From Negaprion brevirostris (lineage: Eukaryota): a DNA stretch of 64,000 nucleotides. Position 1 is the first letter of the stretch; each line of letters opens with the position of its first letter. The position numbers and the translations under genes were made by a program. Shown one piece after another: positions 35,545 through 48,020 of the stretch. The stretch is from NCBI GenBank assembly GCA_030324005.1, contig JARDVH010000106.1:49098304-49162303 (forward strand), in the 5' to 3' direction. The notes beneath the pieces are model-generated. The model was not told where the DNA came from and ran no database searches. It saw nothing but the letters and a program-made list of their open reading frames with translations.

Positions 35545-37625
35545 AATGAGCAGCAAGTATAGGCTGTACGCTTGCCGAGCCTGTGCCACATGGCTATACT
35601 GATTGTCGTTTTAACTGCACTTTCCTCTCTTCAGCCAAAACTCTTGACTCCCTTGTCGATCAAAAATCTAACTCAGTCTTAAATATATTCAATGATCTTC
35701 ACTGCTCTCTGAGAAGAAAAATTCCAGAGATGAATGATCCACTAAGGGGGAACAAAGTCAAAGAACAAAGAACAAAATCAGCCCGGGAAACAGGCCCCTC
35801 GGCCCAACGAGCCCACGCTGCTATCTCAACACCACCAGTCCACCTCTCTACCCATGACCCCTATCTAATGTTTTATGGCCATCCAGATTGAGGGAAACTN
35901 NNNNNNNNNNNNNNNNNNNNNNNNNNNNNNNNNNNNNNNNNNNNNNNNNNNNNNNNNNNNNNNNNNNNNNNNNNNNNNNNNNNNNNNNNNNNNNNNNNNG
36001 GTTTTAATGCCCTCTCAAAGCCCTAACACTTCTTCCCTCGTAATCAATAGATCTGTCAATTGGTCTGTTCAGTTTGGTCTGAAATGGCCGACCCTTGATT
36101 TTTAACTGTGCCCCCTAGTTCTAGATGCTCCACAAGGACAGACATTCTCTCAACTTCCATTCTGCCAAGTCTCCTCAGGATCTAGTGTGTTTGACTAAGA
36201 TGATCTTTCATTCTTCTAAGCTCTAAACGGTATATGCCCAACTTGCTCAATCATTTCTCATAGCCGAACCCTTTCATCCTACAAATCAATCGAGTGAAAC
36301 TTCTCTGAACTATTTCTAATGCAGTTAACTGTTTCCTTAAGTAAGGAACCAAAACTGTGTGCAGTACTCCAGATGTGGTCTCACTGTGGCTCTGGATGGC
36401 TGCAGCAACGCTTTCCTTCTATTTCCCTTGTACTAAACATTAGCATTCCATTTCCTGTCCTAATCACTTGTTGTGCCCACATAATAACTTTTGTCATTCA
36501 TGTGCCATGACGTCCAGATCCTTCTATACCATAGCGTTCTGCAGTCCCTCTCCTATAAATGATCTTTCCACTTATGTCTTTGTCAACAGCAAATTTAGCC
36601 AGCATACACTTAATCCCTTCAACCAAGTCATTGAGATAAATTGTAAATAGCTCAGGTTGCAACACAGATCCTTGTGCCATTCTACTCGTCACATCTTGCT
36701 GACCCATTTATCCCTACTCTGCTTCAGCTAAAGAATGCTCTATTTATGCCGATGTGTTACCCCCTACACCATCAGCAATTATTTTGCATGAGAATCTTTG
36801 ACAGAGCACTTTGTCAAATGGAAATCTAAAATCTGCCCTCTTCACAGTATTGTACGCTTTCCGATTCAATTTGATTCTCTCCTTAACTTCCTCAATTAGT
36901 TGCAGCTGTGCATCCTTCTCATAGTCTTTTATTCTTCACAGGAATACGTCTTTGTTGAACATTACAAAAAAAGCTCCTTAAAAGCCTGTCACTGCTCCTC
37001 TACTGATCTTCCTTTTAACCTATTTTCTAATTCACTTCAGCCAACTCTGTCTTCAGACTCTTGTCATTGCCTTCATTTAAATCTAAGGCATGAGTCTTAG
37101 ACCTATCCTTTGCCCTCAAATGTCCACACCTCACCTTGAATGTGAAATTCTATCATGCTATGATCATGGTTGCCTAGAGACTCCTTTACGATGAAGTAAT
37201 TAATTAATCCTATCTCATTTCAAATTACTAAGTTGAAAGTGGCCAGCTCCCTGTTCTGCACTAGAACATATTGCTCTTAAAGAATTGTTCCAAATATGCT
37301 GTGTTAACTCATTCCAAGCTACCTTCGCCAATCTGATTTGTTAAGTCTACGTGAAGATTAAAATCACCCAAGGTTAATGAAATACCTTTATTACAACCCC
37401 TCATTATTTACTTTTGTATACTCTGTCCTATGGGGGCTGTATGAACTATCCCCACAACTGGCTTCTTAACTTATCTATTCCTTAGCTCTACCCCAAACGG
37501 ATTTCACATATGATATTCTGAATTCAGGTAATCTCTCACTGCTGTTCTAATTTCATGGCTTCCTATCCTGCAAAAATGTCAAATACCCTTGAATATTTAA
37601 ACCCAAGTCTTGGTTATCTTATGAC
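35545..37625 (-). mobile_element. Long decayed CR1 LINE, with a nested CR1 tail at ~35755-36000
   Basis: ORF 36498-36707 (-): QDVTSRMAQGSVLQPELFTIYLNDL..LAKFAVD (RT); HIWSTAHS/HLEYCTQF region at 36350-36380. Confidence 0.8.
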
Positions 37626-37628
37626 CAT

Positions 37629-38505
37629 GTGTGGAATTCTCCCATCTGGGACTAAGTTCTATGGCAGATATGGGAATATGGAAGGTTTCCCTCTGCAGAG
37701 GCTGGTGGGCAACCATGCCATATCTTCCAACCCTGACTTCATTAAGTATGCAACTAGGTGTTTTTTTCACTGTATTCCATATTGGGACACGCGTGATGGT
37801 GTGTAGTCCACCAATAGATGGGCACTATATTCAAAAGGTGCCCAACATTGCTGACCCACAACAGATGGAACTTCTAAAAGGAAGATGAATTTCCTGGGAA
37901 AGAAGATGGATCTGCAGGAATATCCTGAGGCTGGAAGACAGACCTCCTTGATGATACTGATTCGGGAAGATTCACTTGTCTATACTCCCATTACCCACCG
38001 CTGTGGTATTCCAGTGGTGTTGGTGGCTTCCATTCCAAACTCTGGCAGGTGCCCCAGGCATTGGTCAGGTGAGTCTTAATATCTGCACATCACATTGGTC
38101 TAGATATGTTTTCAAGCTGCCATCTTGGNNNNNNNNNNNNNNNNNNNNNNNNNNNNNNNNNNNNNNNNNNNNNNNNNNNNNNNNNNNNNNNNNNNNNNNN
38201 NNNNNNNNNNNNNNNNNNNNNNNNNNNNGTCTTAATATCTGCACATCACATTGTTCTAGATATGTTTTCAAGCTGCCATATTGGGGAATTGGACGTGGGT
38301 GGAAGATTCTAGTCAGACCTTCACCCGCATCCCATTAGCAGGATGAAAGACAATGTATCACTATCCTCCATTGGTTTCCTGATCATTATGGTGGGCATCA
38401 ATGGGAGATTTACACTGGCATGAACCTGATTTTTGCACTTCCACCAGATTCCCTTCCCTCGCCTACCATTGAACTCACTGGCAGGTCCATGGGAGAATTC
38501 CATAC
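37629..38505. mobile_element. PIF/Harbinger-type non-autonomous DNA transposon
   Basis: 17-bp TIRs GTGTGGAATTCTCCCAT / ATGGGAGAATTCCATAC (1 mismatch); 3-bp TSD CAT on both sides. Confidence 0.85.
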
Positions 38506-39023
38506 CATTTCTATCAAATGGCAACCAGGGTTTAAATATGAACTTCTATTTGCGCTATCAATTAATTCTTGCCATAGATGCCATGTGTATTCAGGTGTTG
38601 AGCTGTTAATTCTGTCTTTTTAACATTTTTGCCATCTCTGACCTTTTCTGCTGGTGTATTTTAAGTTTGCATGTTTTATCATTTCCTGCTATAACCTGGC
38701 TATCGTTGTTTATGTTGCTTTATTGCCTGGTCCATTGTCTTTAATTTATTGCATCCCTCACCCCCATTATTTAGTTAAAAGCCATCTCTACCAATCTATT
38801 TATGTGAATCATCAGAACACNNNNNNNNNNNNNNNNNNNNNNNNNNNNNNNNNNNNNNNNNNNNNNNNNNNNNNNNNNNNNNNNNNNNNNNNNNNNNNNN
38901 NNNNNNNNNNNNNNNNNNNNNNNNNNNNNNNNNNNNNNNNNNNNNNNNNNNNNNNNNNNNNNNNNNNNNNNNNNNNNNNNNNNNNNNNNNNNNNNNNNNN
39001 NNNNNNNNNNNNNNNNNNNNNNN

Positions 39024-39315
39024 ACTGCTGCTTCAGAGCACCTTGAACCCAGGTTCAGTTCCACCCTCGGGTCAGTGTCTGTGTGGAGTCTGCATGTGCG
39101 CCTCCTGTCTGCGTGGGTTTCCTCCAGGTGCTCTGGTTTCCTCCTACAGCCCAAAGATGTGTGGGTTAGGTGGATTGGCCATGCAAAATTGACCCTTGTG
39201 TCAGGGCAATTAGCAGGGTAAATATGGGTTACAGGAATAGGGCCTAGGTGGGATTGTAGTCAGTACATACTTGATGGGCCAAATGGCCTCCTTCTGGACT
39301 GTAAGGATTCTATGA
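39024..39315 (+). mobile_element. HE1 V-SINE (5' end in the gap)
   Basis: ACTGCTGCTTCA..GGTTCAGTTCC, V-domain, HER1-type tail. Confidence 0.9.
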
Positions 39316-40239
39316 ATTTATTCATAGCTCAGGTAGAAATCCAAAGATTCTTGCCTTTGTGCTTCTGCCCTAGCTGCATACAAACCCTAAGCAAAACTTA
39401 TTCCTGAGTCCTACCTCTGTTATTGGCACCCCTGTGGACAACCCTGCGCAGCCAGGGCACATGTCCAAAGCCCTGGCACTGGCAGGCGACACACTTCTGG
39501 ACTTGCACTGTCGGCTGTGGAGAACTGTGTTTATCCATCNNNNNNNNNNNNNNNNNNNNNNNNNNNNNNNNNNNNNNNTTTCTACAAGGAAGGAGGTATG
39601 GTTTGACTTGATTTTTGGGAATGAGGTAGGCCAAATCTTTTACATACTCTGACTGCATAAACTATACACAGACAGGTTTTCTCATAAGCCTTTTAAAAGA
39701 AAAGAGAACATATTTTGGACTCAACAGCTGATCTAAATAAAAATAATAAATGTTCTGGCTCTCTCACATATGTGCATTCAAGAATACACACCCACATACA
39801 TACACAGAAGTTACAACGTGGGAGGATCGATTAAGCAGTTTTTAAAAGTGCAAAATGAAGTCATTTTCATGCAGATTTGGTAGATTGAGACCTTGGCGGT
39901 TTCAGACCAGCTCCAGAAGTCCTTGTGAATTCTATGATAGGGCAATTTAATGATGTTGATGGATGGTTTTTGTTTTGTCTTCTGAAGTCAGCAGCTGCTA
40001 CATTGGCTTTTAGATGCTGTCTGTGACTGTGTCAAACAACGAGCAAACCTTGAGCTTGCAGGGTGGGTGGTTTGTGAATGGATCAAGAGATGGGGATCAT
40101 TCACGTTCCTTCAGGTGATTGTCTTTGATGTGCTCTTCTGGACAGTCTGATTCTGGTTTTAATGGCTTTGGAATTTGTAAGGTACAGTTATGCAAATATT
40201 TGCCTTTCTTAGAAGCTGCTGTTTTAAATCACTGAAACT

Positions 40240-40566
40240 ATCATAGAATCACCGAATGACTTATAGTACAGAAAGAGGCCATTTGGCTCATCAAGTTTGT
40301 ACCAACCACAATCCCATCCAGGCCTTATTCCTGCAACCCCACGCACCTACCCTGCAAATCCCCCTGACACAAGGGTCAATTTAGCATGACTAATCAATCT
40401 AACATGCACATCTTTGGACTGTGGGAGGAAACCGGAGCACCCGGAGGAAACCCACACAGACACGGGGAGAATGTGCAAACTCCACACTGTCAGTGACCCG
40501 AGGCCGGAATTGAACCTGGGACCCTGCTGCTGCGAGGCAGCAGTGTGAACCACGATGCAACCGTGC
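40240..40566 (-). mobile_element. HE1 V-SINE
   Basis: ATCATAGAATC tail, GGAGGAAACCGGAGCACCCGGAGGAAACCC, and head. Confidence 0.92.
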
Positions 40567-40809
40567 AAAATTATTGTTCAGTCTTTTAAAATTCAACCAG
40601 TGGTTTTAGCCCAACATAAATAATGTCAGTATTGTTATAAAGTACCTCCATATATTGCAACCACGTAAGTTTTTAATCATTTATATATTAACTACAGCAC
40701 TGTTTTAAAAGCTTGCTTGTGTGTAGCTAATCCAAAATGTTGCTTTAGAGTTTGGGAGTTCTCAATCGACTGTGACATGGTTAAATTAAAGTATTAACTT
40801 TAATCTACC

Positions 40810-41008
40810 CCCATAACCCCACGTAGTTACCCTTCTAATTATCTGACACTAAGGGGCAATTTAGGCAGGAAACTGGAGCACCCAGAGGAAACCCACACCA
40901 ACATGGGGAGAATGTGCAAACTTCACACAGACAGTCACCCGAAGCCGCAATTGAACCCAGCTCCTTGGCGCTGTGTGGCAGCAGTGCTAATCATTGTGCC
41001 ACTGTGTC
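40810..41008 (-). mobile_element. HE1 V-SINE, internally deleted
   Basis: GGAAACTGGAGCACCCAGAGGAAACCC..GCAGCAGTGCTAATCATTGTGCCAC. Confidence 0.85.
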
Positions 41009-43414
41009 AGCCTTTAGGTAACAAAAAGGAGAAAGTGATTTTTAACTGCACAACAGGCCTAGCTGTGGACTAGTTGTGGTTTAGACCATTCCAATTAAGA
41101 CCTGAATTTCAAGTCTGTCCAAAAATGTTTTTCATAATGTTCTTTCATTATGAAATATATGTACTTCACAAAAATATTGCAGAAAATTGTTTTGGAGGAA
41201 ATGATTGGTGTTAGACACCCGTTGACAGTACCTCCCAGAATTGAGTTCTTTGTTTACTTTCTCATTGGCTCACTGCTGAAAAGTTACACTTGTGTTTTCA
41301 ATAATAGTGCAGAAGTTTAATTGTGAACAAAACCTTTTTGTTCTGCCCCTCCTGGAACAGTAAAAGAATAAGGAGGGACTATTCGAAAGTTCCATGGTGA
41401 TGGAGCTACCCCCTGTCTGTGTTTGATTTGTTGCACTTTAGAGGTAGTATGATAGATATATGCACAGCAAAAACAATAGAAAGAGTAGGTTTTTTCATGG
41501 GCAATACAATCTACCCATCAAGGAGGAACTGTTATTACAAACCAAGCTAGTTTTATCTGTGCAAATCAGTTTTAGGATGAGACTTTGCTACTAGTATATA
41601 TTTTCATATATATTTTTGTATGAACACTTTAAGTAGATTGCTTATGCTTCTTATTTTATCTTTTGAATATCCAATGCAACTTTGGTATTGCTTCCTTTTA
41701 CATTTTTCTTGCATTTGTTTCTCTGGACTTTTGTTGTCTTCAACCTTGAATGTAAATGATATATTGGTTCTCTCTTGGCTGCAAGAAAACAATGGCTATT
41801 CTTCAATGGGAATATCAAGGCTTGCAGTTTGTTCTTGGTTAACATAGAAAGGACAGTGCCATTGTGCATAAAATGTGGAAGATATTTCAGCTTTCAGCAC
41901 AACTCCATAAGGCCGTGGATAGGTGTTTGACTTCCACTGTGAGTGCTTGGTTTAGCTTCTTTCTTTACTTTGTTTTTCTGCCTGTCTATCTCACATATCT
42001 CAATTAAACACTGAATTCAACAAGCATGATTTTTAAAAAATTGTTCATTTTCCATCAAAGATTTTAGAGTTGGTATTACTGTGGTCAAGGAATAAGCAGA
42101 AGGTACGAAAATATTAATTTTAGTAACAATTCAAAAATACCAGGTATTGTGATAGCATACGCATGTCAATGCAGATAATTGCATGTCCCTTTCTAAAGCT
42201 GCGTAGTGATAACACTATGAACCAATGAATGCACAGCTAAAGCATAAATGGTCTAGCTTCCATGTCAGACTTTCATTATTGCCTGTCACCCCCTACTGCA
42301 GATGTTCACTATTGTCTGTGACTCTGTATCATGAGGCAAGCATATAGTCAAGTAATCGGCCTTAGTAACAATTATGACCCCGGCTCGGTCAAGGCCTGTG
42401 CAGAGCTGCATTCAGTTATTATTAGTAATAAACTTCATGCAATTGTGTTCAACCAGAACCCTCATCATTCTCAACATCTTGCTCAGTATTGGGAACATCG
42501 AGACAGATCCTTTGAGGTCCATAGTTAGACCCTGAATATAACAACCATAAGCAATTGCAATATGGTTGGTAGCAGTGATCGCTTCTAAAGATCTTGGAAC
42601 AGCAGTGGTTATTCCTGAAGGCAGCAGAACACAAGGCAGAAGATGCCTTCGGCAGCAACATTAGCTGTGGTGATTTGACTTATCCAGCTTCGACCCGGAC
42701 TTATCAAGCGAAGGACAGTCCCTTTAGAATCACTCTCAGATAGCCTCAGACTAGGTGCTTTGATATAAACACAAATAAAGTCCGATTCTTCAAACATAAG
42801 AACTTGAAATCCCAAATCTGGCATTACTGCTCATTCCAAAATACATCAGAGTTCAGAAGTGAGTGAAGAATATATTCCCAGCTCAGTGATTTGAGCAGAA
42901 GGCTTTGATTCTTCTGAATGTCAGAATCAGCTATTTATAAGCCACTCAACTTAACAGTGAAGGCTACAGTGTTGAATTTGTTCAAAAAGAAAATTGTACC
43001 CCAGGCTGAGAGATCCGGGAGAGGCAAATTCCAACGGTTCTTGGCATAGCTCAGCCTGACTGTTGGTTGAATCTGCTGTTTTTTTTTTGTTTTGGCAGCG
43101 AAACCAACTTGCCCACCATGACAATCGAGGTGTGGTAACAATCTCAATACTGTAACAGGTACAACTAGCAAGGCAACAACTCTGCAACCTGAAGCTCCTG
43201 CTCCTTATTTCAAACAACACTAAAATAGAAGCCGAACATCTTGAAAACTATTTTGAAATATACAGCAAAAGAAGAAGCAAACTTTTCCCCTTAACAGCAT
43301 ATCATTATGAGCCAACTGTGATTCATTGTTGCATCATTTGTTCTCCAAAAGCACAGGGACAGGCTGCAAGTGCAAATTCTCACTCAAAGAGTCACCACAC
43401 TCAGCAACTAAATT

Positions 43415-46400
43415 GATTTATTAATTTGTGGGATGTGGGCTTCACTGGCTAGGTGAGTATTTAATGCCAACCTCTAGTTGCCCTTCAGAAGATGGTGGTG
43501 AGGTGCCTTTTTAAACCAGGTATTGGTACACCCACAGTGCTATTAGGGAGGGAGTTCCAGAATTTTGACCAGCGACAGTGAAGAAACAGCAATATATTTT
43601 TAGGAAAGTGAGTGACTTGGAGGGGAACCTCCAGGTGATGATGTTCCCAGGTATCTGCTGCTATTGCCTTTCTAGACAGTAGTAGTTGTGGGTTTGGAAG
43701 GTCCTCCATAAGGAACCTTGATGGGATCTTGCAGAGCAACTTTTAATGGTACACACTGCTGCCACTGTTTAATACTGGTAGAAGTATTTGGTGTTTGTGG
43801 AAGGGGTAGCAATCAAGCAGGTTGCTTTATCTTGGATGGTCTCAAGCTTCTTGAGTGTTGTTGGAGCTGCACTCATTCAGGCAAGTACTCAGGAGAGTAT
43901 TTCATTGCACTCCTGACATATGCCTTGTAAGTGGTGGACAGGCTTTGGGGAATCAGGAAATATGTTAATCACTGCAAGTTTCCTAGTCTTTGACTTACTC
44001 TGGTAGCTGCAGTATGTATATGGCTAGTCCAGTTCAGTTTTTAGTCAATGATAACTCCAGTATGTTGATAGCAGTGGATTCAGCAATGGCAATGCCATTG
44101 AATGTCAAGGGCCAATGGTAAGATGCCCTCTTGTTGGAGATGTTCCTTGCCTGGCACTTATGTGGCATGAATGTCACTTGTCAGCCGAAGCCTGGATATT
44201 GTCCAGGTCTTGTTGCATTTGGAAATGGACTTCTTCAATATCTGAGGAGTCGCAAATGATGTTGAACATTGTGCAATTATCAATGAATATTTTGACATTA
44301 TGAGGAAGGAAAATCATTGATGAAGCAGCTGAAGAGGCTTAAAACACTACCCTGAAGGACTCCTGTAGTGATGTCCTGGAGCTGAGATGAATAACCGCTA
44401 GCCACCACGACCATCTTCTTTTGTGCCAAGTATGATTCCTACCAGCGGAAGGTTTCCCCTTGATTTCCATTAACTCCAGTTTTGCTAGGGCTGCTCAATG
44501 CCATACTCTGTGAAGTGCTGCCTTGATGTCAAGGGCAGTCACTTTCAACTTATCTCTGGTGTTAAGCTCTTTTGTCCATGTTTGAACCAAGGCTGTAACA
44601 AGGTCAGGAGCTGAACCAAATCTGAGTGTCTCTGGAGAGGTAATTGCTGAGTAGGTGCCACTTTATAGTTTATAGTACTGTTGGTGATTGAAAGTACACT
44701 GATGGAGCCATAATTGCCCAGGTTGGATTGTTCTGTTTCTTGTGTATAGGACATGCCTGGACACTTTTCCACATTGCCGGGTAGATACCCGTGCTGCAAC
44801 TGTACTGGAACAGCTAGGCCAAGGACATGGTAAGTCTTAAGTCCTATTGCTGGAATTTTATCAGGGCCCATTGCCTTTGCAGTCTGCAGTGACTTCAGCC
44901 GTTTTTTGTTATCACTTGGAGTAAATTGAATTGGCTGAAGACTGTGATGCTAGGGACCTCTGGAGGATTTGATTTGATTTATTATTGTCACATGTATTAA
45001 TATACAGTGAATAGTATTGTTTCTTGCGTGCTATACAAACAAAACATACCGTTCATAGAGAAGGAAATGAGAGAGTGCAGAACGTAGTCTTACAATCATA
45101 GCTATGGTGTGGAGAAAGATTAACTTAATGCAGGGTAAATCCATTCAAAAGTCTGACAGCCGAAGGAAGAAGATGGAAGAAAGAATGTCTGTCTGGGGCG
45201 TGTGGGGTCCTTAATTATGCTGGCTGCTTTGACAAGGCAGTGGAAAGTGTAGACAGAGTAAATGGATGGGAGGCTGGTTTACATGATGGATTGGGCTACA
45301 TTCACAACTTTTTGTAGTTCCCTGCGATCTTGGGCACAGCAGGAGCCATACCAAGCTATGATACAACCAGAAAAAATGGTGCATCTGTAAAAGTTGGTGA
45401 GAGCCATCGCCGACATGCCAAATTTCCTTAGTCTTCTGAGAAAGTAGAGGTGTTGGTGGGCTTTCTTAACTATAGAGTCGGCATGGGGAAACCAGGACAG
45501 GTTACTGGTGATCTGGACACCTAAAAACTTGAAGCTCTCGATCCTTTCTACTTCATCCCCGTTGATGTAGACAGGGGCGTGTTCTTCTTTACACTTCCTG
45601 AAGTCAATGACAATCTCCATTTTTTTTGTTGACATTGAGGGAGAGATTATTGTTGCCACACCAGTTCACCAGATTCTCTATCTCAATCCTGTACTCTGTC
45701 TTTGTTTGAGATCCGATCCGCTATGGTGGTGTCGTCAGCAAACTTGAAGGTTGAATTGGAAGAGAATTTGGCCACACAATCATAGGTGTTTAATGAGTAT
45801 GGTGGGGAGCTGAGAACACAGCCTTGTGGGGCACTGATGTTGAGGATGATTATGGAGGAGGTGTTGTTGCCTATCCTTACTAATTGTGGTTTGTGAGTTA
45901 GAATTTCAGGATCCAGTCAAGACAGAGGTACCGAGACCCAGGCCACCAAGTTTGGAGATGAGTTTTGTGGGAATAATAGTGTTGAAGGCTAAGCTGTAGT
46001 CAACAAACAGGAGTCTGNNNNNNNNNNNNNNNNNNNNNNNNNNNNNNNNNNNNNNNNNNNNNNNNNNNNNNNNNNNNNNNNNNNNNNNNNNNNNNNNNNN
46101 NNNNNNNNNNNNNNNNNGGGAATAATAGTGTTGAAGGCTAAGCTGTAGTCAACAAACAGGAGTCTGACGTAGGTGTCCTTGTTATCTAGGTGTTGCAGGG
46201 TTGAATTAGGGTAGGGAAATGGTATCCGCTGTGGATCTGTTGCAGCAGTAGACAAACTATAGTGGATCCAGATCGCCTGGGAGGCTGGAACTGATTTGTG
46301 CCATGACCTTTCGAAGCACTTCATAATGATGGATGTCAGAGTCACCGGCCAATAGTCATTAAGGCACACTGCTTAGCTTTTCTTAGGTACCAGGATGATG

Positions 46401-48020
46401 GTCGACTTCTTGAAGCAGATAGGGACCTTAGATTGTTGTAAAGAGAGGCTGAAGATGTCTGTGAATACTCCCTGAGGTTGAGATGCAGCATTGACTTCTG
46501 GCTGAAGACTGTTGCGAATGCTTCAGCATTACCTTTTGCATAGATGTGCTGGGCTCTTTCATTATTGCGGATGGGGATATTTTTGGAGCCTCCTGCTCCA
46601 ATGAGTTGTTTAACTGTCCACCACCATTCATGGCTGAATGATGCAGGACTGCAGACCTTAGATCTGATCCCTTGTTTGTGGGGTCGCTTAGCTCTCTCTG
46701 TTACTTGCTGTTTATGCTGTTCGGCATGCAAGTAGACTAGTGTTGTAGCTTTACCAGATTGATATCTAATTTTTATGTTTGCCTGGTGTTGCTCCTGGCA
46801 AGCCCTCCTGCATTCTACATTGAACCAGGGTTGATTCCTTGACTTGACGTAAGGGTAGAGTGGGGGATATGCCAGGCCAGGATGTTACAGATTGTTGTTT
46901 AATATAATCCTGCTGCTGGCCCACAGTGCCTCGTGGATGCCCAGTCTTGAGTTGCTAGGTCTGTTTGAAGTCTATCACATTTAGTGTGGTGGTGCCACAC
47001 AATACGATGGAGGGTATCCTTAAGGACTGTGCAGTGGTCATTCCTTACAGCTATTAGGGACAGGTGCACCTCTGGCAAACAGGTTGGTGAGGATATTTTG
47101 CCCTCTTGTTGGTTCCCTCACCACCTGTTGCAAACCCAGTCTTGCAGGTATGTCCTTTAGAATCCAGCCATCTCGGTCTGTGGTAGTACTACTGGGCTAA
47201 TCTTGGTGATGGACATTGAAGTCCCCCACCCAGAGTACATGCTGAGCTCTTGCCACCCTCAGTGCTTCCTCCAAGTGGGATTCAACATGTAAATGTATTG
47301 ATTCATCAGCTGAGGTGGGAACGATATATGGTAATCAAGAGCAACATTTCATGCCCATGTTTAATCTGGCCCATTGAGACTTTATGGGGTCCAGAATGAT
47401 TTTGGTGAACTGCCTCCTGACCTGACTGTATGCCACCGTGCCACCATCTCTGCTGGATCTGTCCTGCTGCGGACATAGAACATGCCCAGGAATAGTGATG
47501 CTGGTATCCAGGATTTTATCTGTAAGGCAAGATTCCGTGAGTATGACTATGCAGACTGTTGTTTCTGTAGGACTGTAGGACAACTCTCCCAATGTTGGCG
47601 CAAGCCTGCAGATGTTAGTACGGAGGATTTTGAAGGGTCAACAAGGCTGGAATTACTGTTGTTGTTTTTGGTGTCATTTCCAGTGCCTTGGTTGATGCTG
47701 ATTTGTCCATACAGTTTCATTCCTTAGCCTTCACTTTGTCACGGTTGAAAACAACTGAGTGACTTGCTAGGCTGTTTCAGAGAGTGCTGAAGTATCAACC
47801 ACATTGTTGTGGATCTGGACTCTCATGTAGGCTAGACCAGATAGGGATGGTAGATTTCTCTCTGTAAAGTGAACCAGGTTGTCTATTATAACAATAGACA
47901 ATGGCTGTCATTACACTTTTAATTCCAGATGTTTTATTGAGTTTAAATTCCACCTTCTGCCATGGTGGGATTTGAACCCATGTCCCTAGAGGATTACCAG
48001 CCCAGCACCACTGCCTTCCC
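43415..48020 (-). mobile_element. Near full-length CR1-clade LINE with tRNA-like 5' head, copy 2, interrupted by Rex1
   Basis: APE N-terminus GELS..IVILTESCL..QQDRSSRDGGTVAY (47335-47592); WWWTVKQL.G.GG; GPDKIPA. Perfect B-box GGTTCAAATCC at 47968-47978. Same 3' tail as 3128. Confidence 0.87.
44968..46490 (-). mobile_element. Rex1/Babar LINE, 5' truncated
   Basis: [75 protein letters not shown]; tail ACATGTGACAATAATAAATCAAATCAAA. Confidence 0.93.

Noticed and set aside
38073-38285. Near-identical ~55-bp repeat flanking a 100-N gap, superficially like a repeat-spacer array
   Set aside because: Probably haplotype overlap at a gap, or a collapsed tandem inside a MITE; no spacer evidence, and the context is eukaryotic.
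39330-40235. Possible LTR-like repeat
   Set aside because: Boundaries and hallmarks could not be established from the sequence alone.
45968-46167. Exact ~50-bp direct repeat on both sides of a 100-N gap inside Rex1
   Set aside because: Typical unmerged contig overlap (assembly artefact), not a biological repeat.
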